Part shown: in pieces, positions 59,991 to 64,000 of the stretch | Numbering within the stretch: the stretch's first letter is position 1 | Layout of the letters: each line of letters begins with the position of its first letter | Source: Spirochaetia bacterium | GTDB lineage: Bacteria; Spirochaetota; Spirochaetia; WTKD01; G963693115 | Assembly (NCBI GenBank): GCA_965226055.1 | Contig: CBDDCA010000006.1 | Span: 384,001-448,000 of the forward strand | Direction of reading: 5' to 3' | DNA length: 64,000 nt | The notes under the pieces: generated by a model | Told to the model about the DNA's origin: nothing | Database searches by the model: none | What the model saw: only the letters and a program-made list of their open reading frames with translations | Made by a program: the position numbers and the translations under genes

Positions 59991-61228
59991 TGTAACGAAA
60001 ACCTGAAAATGTCACCTTCTTAAAAAAGCTGAAAATGTCACTTATGATGTATGTATGAAACACATTATTATGAGTGACAAAGAACTTTTATATGAAAAAG
60101 TATGTATTGCATACCACAAAGGAAACATCCCTGTTTCTCGTGCTGCTCAACAGGCTTCCATCAGTATTCGCCATATGCATCGTATCTATAAAAAATGGCT
60201 TGCAGGAGGGACTCCTTCCCTCTGTCATGCTTCTCGTGGATCTCAGGGCAGAACTCAATACGACCCTGCTACAAAACAACATATCCTTTTTCTTTTTCAT
60301 ACACAACTCTCCAATCATACCATCTCTCATGCTGTAGCCGTACTCAAACATCAGTTTTCTCTCTTTGTTTCTGCTCCTACCCTTCGTAAGTGGCTTGGTA
60401 TCCCTCAACAATCCCAAAGAACTCCTGTGAAACGAAAAAAACGCCCTCGTATGTCTCATTTCGGTCACATGCTTCAATGTGATAGCAGTTTTCACCAGTG
60501 GTTTGGCTCTCAGCATCCTCCTTGTTGTCTCATTGCCCTTATTGATGATGCCTCCAGTACCATCCTCCTTCGCTTTGCAGAACAAGAATTTATCCGTGAT
60601 GTCCTGCTTTTACTTAAACAATGGTGTACTTCTTATGGTATTCCTGCCTCTTTGTACTGTGATAGACGCAATGCTTATGTTCCTGCCCCTGATCTTTCCC
60701 GTCATATTCCTCAAGTCTGTCAACGTCTGGGAGTCGATTTGATTAATGCTCATTCTCCTCAGGCGAAAGGCAGAGTAGAACGACTGTTCCGTACCCTCCA
60801 GTCTCGTCTTTGTGCTGAACTCTCTCGTCATGCTATTCATTCTATCTCTCACGCTAATGCTTTCCTGCCTTTTTTTATCAAACAACACAATACAGAATTT
60901 GCTCTTCCTCTTGACGCTCTTCCTTCTGCTCATGTCCCTCTTGTTGATGCTGCTTCTCTTGATACTCCTTTTGCTTACCATACTACTCGTGTCCTCAGAA
61001 ATGACTGGACTATTTCTTTTCGTGGTACTGCTTTGCAGATTGTTCCTCCTCCTCATTCTGTTGCTCTTCGTCCTCGCAAAGCTCTCTCTTGCCATATTCA
61101 TTTAGATGATTCTCTTCATTTATTCTATAATGGCTATAGTATCAATTTTACGGAGATCCCTTCATCTTATGCCTATCAGTGACATTTTCGGCTTTCCTTT
61201 TTTGTGACATTTTCAGGTTTTCGTTACA
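59991..61228 (+). mobile_element. IS1202-family (ISTde1-like) insertion sequence, 1238 bp
   Basis: Perfect 25-bp IRs TGTAACGAAAACCTGAAAATGTCAC (59991-60015, 61204-61228), inner repeats of GAAAATGTCAC, 16-bp direct repeat GTACTTTTTTAAGTTA (59975-59990, 61229-61244). Confidence 0.92.
60055..61182 (+). CDS. DDE transposase (ISNCY/IS1202 family)
   Basis: N-terminal HTH; 'QCDSSFH.W', 'IDDAS', 'YCDR', 'SPQAKGRVERLFRTLQSRL'. Confidence 0.93.
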   Translation: MKHIIMSDKELLYEKVCIAYHKGNIPVSRAAQQASISIRHMHRIYKKWLAGGTPSLCHASRGSQGRTQYDPATKQHILFLFHTQLSNHTISHAVAVLKHQFSLFVSAPTLRKWLGIPQQSQRTPVKRKKRPRMSHFGHMLQCDSSFHQWFGSQHPPCCLIALIDDASSTILLRFAEQEFIRDVLLLLKQWCTSYGIPASLYCDRRNAYVPAPDLSRHIPQVCQRLGVDLINAHSPQAKGRVERLFRTLQSRLCAELSRHAIHSISHANAFLPFFIKQHNTEFALPLDALPSAHVPLVDAASLDTPFAYHTTRVLRNDWTISFRGTALQIVPPPHSVALRPRKALSCHIHLDDSLHLFYNGYSINFTEIPSSYAYQ

Positions 61229-61387
61229 GTACTTTTTTAAGTTATTTGTACTTTTACCATCTGGTGTGAACCCCAAAATCCATGATAGTAATTATACTAT
61301 CATGGAAATAATAAATAAAAATAAAAAAATACAGGCATATGATTCCTTCTCAGCGTATATCTATTATTAGCTTTGCTTATGCTCCTA

Positions 61388-64000
61388 CTATGTGCTACAC
61401 TGTGGAGATCCCTTAAATTTTGGGTGTTTGTTTGAAACTCCTGCTAAAGGTGAGAATATAAACATAGAATTAATATCAGATTTATCTGGTTTAAATTTAC
61501 ATATCCTCCACGATGATAAATCTTGATTAAATACAGTGGCACCAGTAAACATCCTGGATGGATTAGTAACACTTCCGACATTCCACCCACTTATATTTTG
61601 ATTAAACTTTTGAGCTCCAGAAAACATATCTGCCATATTAGTAACCTTACTTACATCCCAACCTCCTATGTTTTTATTAAAGGCGTCTGCTGCTATAAAC
61701 ATAGTAGACATATCCGTTACATTACTGGTATTCCACTGTGTTATGTCTCCATTAAAAGTACTATCATCATTGAATAAATCACTCATATCAGTAATGGCAC
61801 TGGTATCTATCATGTTGAGGTTGGGGCTAGGGTTACTGTTCTCTCCTGAACCTTGCCTTGTTTTTTCTGCAGTGATAATATCTTGCAGTGCTTTCTTCGT
61901 TGTTGGTCTGTAATAGTTAGCTGATTGCCCTGCTAGTTTCACAAGCCCTGTCTCTACATTGATAGTTGCAAGTGCCTTTTGTCCCGAGTATGCTCCCGCA
62001 GAAGTAATGGTACACTCCACTACCTCATAGTTATACTCAGTTATAGCAGTATCATGTATGTTTGATTTATTTGCTGTGCCTGTTATTGTTACTGTATTGG
62101 TATTTTTTGCAAATGTTACTGTTAGACCTGTTTCTTCTTTGAGTGTGCTGTCATCTAAGGTGCTTTCATCACAGGTAAATGATAGTCCACTAGGACTGAT
62201 ACTGGTAAGTACTCTCGTTGTATTTTGTGCGAGTGCTGTGCCTACTGTTGCTGATACCTTTGTGGCGTTTCCTATCGCTACTGCTGGCGTACTGGCAGAT
62301 ACTGCTGTTGCTTCTGCTGATACCTTTGTGGCGTTTCCTATCGCTACTGCTGGCGTACTGGCAGATACTGCTGTTGCTTCTGCTGATACCTTTGTCTTTT
62401 TGAGGCTGTTTACTGCTACTGCGGTGATATAGTACTTTGTATTCAATCGTAGGTTGCGTATTGTATAGCTTGTTGCTCCTGTTGGTACATCGTCTTTTTC
62501 TGCTCCTTCTTGTGCATCGCTTGCTGCTTTTGCTTGCGTTTTTACTGTTGCTCCATCTATGTTTGTTTTTGAGGCTGCATAGTATACTATATAGTCTATT
62601 TGATTATCTCTTAAATCAGTCGTTCCATCTTCTGTCGTTCCTTTCACGGTTGGGACTGTTATGGTAAGTACTATGGTTGCTCCTTGTGCATTTGCTTGTA
62701 TGGTGGGCTTTCCTGGTGCGGCATAGGCTTCTTTTGCGATAAACTCCTTGCGTAGTCCTGTTGCTTCTTTGTTGGTATCGGTGCTGTTTACTGCTTGTAC
62801 TACTATTTCGTAAGTTGTGCCTACTGTCAATCCTGTCAGAGTGCTGTTGGTTGTACCTGCTGCTACTGCTGTGGAGCTTCCTGCTGCTGTTTTTATTTGT
62901 GCTACTGTCCTTGTTGTACTGCCACTTTTGGCTACTTTGTATACTTTGTACGATACTTGTGCTACTGTTAGGGTGTCTCCTTTGTTTGTTTTGTGGCTTG
63001 CATTGAGGCTGGGGGCTGTCCACGATATTGTTGCACTTCCTCCTGTTACTCCTCCTACTTGTATGTTGCTTACTTCTGCGGGGACAGTCGCTTGTGATGC
63101 GGTTGTTACACTTGCCACTGTCGATACTGCTTTTTTGCTTGTGTCTGTTTTTACTGCTACTTCTACCACAAAATGATACTTTGTTGCTCCTTTTATTGCT
63201 ACTACTGGTGCTGTTTCGCTAGACAAACCTAAACTGCTAAGGGCTGATACTGTGTACACTCCGCTACTTGCTGTGCCTATGTTTACTTTTCTGCCTCTTT
63301 GTACTTCTGCTACTGTAGGGGTTGTGTCTTTCTGTAAGCCGTACACTGTGTATACTAGCTCATCATTGCTTGTTACTGTTGTGCCATCTTTGTTTTTTGC
63401 TCCTGTTATTGTGCTTAACTGCGTGAGTACTAGCTTTATTGTTCCTGTCGTGTTTGTTGAGGGTGATACTACCAGCTTGCCTGTTAAGGACGATGTAGGG
63501 GCTGTTGCTTTTGAGGTGGGGATAGTGCTTAATTCTAGTTTTTGTATCAGTGCAGGGTCCTTGCTTTGTGCTTTCTTTGTTGCATAGGGATTGAGGCTGT
63601 TTATTGCTTCTATGCCTATGGTGTATACTGCTCCTTTTGTTCCTATAAATGTTCCTCGTAAGCTGCTGTTTCCTGCTATCTCTTGCGTTTGTACTCCTCC
63701 CATTGCTTTTATTTCCGCTATGCTTTTAGTACTCTGGTCTCCTGCTACTATGTATACTTTGTACTGTATGTTTGCTTGTGTGAGTTGTCTGTCATTGGGT
63801 GCTTTGTGCTTACTGGTAATTGTTCCTTTTTGAAACTCGTACTGTACGGTATCGCTTGTTTGTGTTGATGTTTCAATAAACAGTGATAGGCTTTCTGGTG
63901 CTGGAGGGACAGTGGATACTGCATCATATACTGCTACTTTATCAGTGAGCGTTGTTGGGGGGCTTACTCTGTTATTCTCTACTGTAAGAAAGGTAAAGCT
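61388..64000 (-). CDS. Paralogous FN3-like stalk + DUF285-tip surface protein (5' part beyond window)
   Basis: Frame stays open to the window edge, aligned to the 49405 gene; shorter, divergent DUF285 tip. Confidence 0.9.
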   Translation of the reverse strand, partial: SFTFLTVENNRVSPPTTLTDKVAVYDAVSTVPPAPESLSLFIETSTQTSDTVQYEFQKGTITSKHKAPNDRQLTQANIQYKVYIVAGDQSTKSIAEIKAMGGVQTQEIAGNSSLRGTFIGTKGAVYTIGIEAINSLNPYATKKAQSKDPALIQKLELSTIPTSKATAPTSSLTGKLVVSPSTNTTGTIKLVLTQLSTITGAKNKDGTTVTSNDELVYTVYGLQKDTTPTVAEVQRGRKVNIGTASSGVYTVSALSSLGLSSETAPVVAIKGATKYHFVVEVAVKTDTSKKAVSTVASVTTASQATVPAEVSNIQVGGVTGGSATISWTAPSLNASHKTNKGDTLTVAQVSYKVYKVAKSGSTTRTVAQIKTAAGSSTAVAAGTTNSTLTGLTVGTTYEIVVQAVNSTDTNKEATGLRKEFIAKEAYAAPGKPTIQANAQGATIVLTITVPTVKGTTEDGTTDLRDNQIDYIVYYAASKTNIDGATVKTQAKAASDAQEGAEKDDVPTGATSYTIRNLRLNTKYYITAVAVNSLKKTKVSAEATAVSASTPAVAIGNATKVSAEATAVSASTPAVAIGNATKVSATVGTALAQNTTRVLTSISPSGLSFTCDESTLDDSTLKEETGLTVTFAKNTNTVTITGTANKSNIHDTAITEYNYEVVECTITSAGAYSGQKALATINVETGLVKLAGQSANYYRPTTKKALQDIITAEKTRQGSGENSNPSPNLNMIDTSAITDMSDLFNDDSTFNGDITQWNTSNVTDMSTMFIAADAFNKNIGGWDVSKVTNMADMFSGAQKFNQNISGWNVGSVTNPSRMFTGATVFNQDLSSWRICKFKPDKSDINSMFIFSPLAGVSNKHPKFKGSPQCST
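61864..64000. repeat. ~2.1-kb direct repeat, copy 2 (reaches window edge)
   Basis: Matches 50013-52080. Confidence 0.95.
62249..62395. repeat. Perfect 66-bp tandem duplication (22 aa)
   Basis: tgctgatacctttgt at 62249, 62315 and 62381; single unit in the paralogue. Confidence 0.95.

Noticed and set aside
59980-60001. Xer-site targeting by the IS (TTATGTAA at the left junction)
   Set aside because: The motif is created by joining the target duplication to the IR; Xer-targeting IS1202 members make short (5-6 bp) duplications
60088-61101. Antisense ORFs of 165 and 163 aa inside the IS
   Set aside because: Expected from the pyrimidine-rich transposase strand; Arg/Ser/Lys low complexity with no motif
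49405-64000. Diversity-generating retroelement (template/variable repeat pair)
   Set aside because: No reverse transcriptase in the window; the mismatches I checked are not adenine-restricted; the repeat is kilobases long and covers the stalk

Overview
AT-rich chromosomal window, most likely from a host-associated spirochaete (spirochaete-type PcnB, 'ANGGSE' solute-binding signal peptide, archaeal/eukaryote-type ProRS, DUF2259). It holds a housekeeping, envelope and carbohydrate backbone (TRAP sugar-acid locus, ctpA, lgt, uppP, Slt, ugd, nagZ, RluA, pcnB, mpg, UvrD/PcrA, RodZ-like, LolA, ApbE, proS) plus accessory elements. (1) An intact but minimal trbB-C-D-E-J-L type IV secretion/pilus module with no trbF/G/I, coupling protein, relaxase or integrase nearby. 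(2) Three DUF285/BspA-repeat surface-protein genes. One has a G11 tract that frameshifts its signal peptide (OFF as read) and one has a G15 tract upstream. Two are direct-repeat paralogues with a near-identical stalk and divergent tips, flanking proS. (3) A complete IS1202-family (ISTde1-like) element with 25-bp inverted repeats and a 16-bp target duplication, inserted beside the promoter of a broken NYN nuclease gene. That gene is preceded by a ~105-nt leader ending in a terminator, a type III toxin-antitoxin-like layout. (4) Small islands with a Bdr-like repeat protein, an hsdS remnant and an orphan ImmA/IrrE protease. About a dozen genes look leaderless, including two divergent pairs with the same 21-bp bidirectional promoter geometry. 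No rRNA, tRNA, CRISPR array or reverse transcriptase was seen. All calls come from motif recognition by eye, without database searches.
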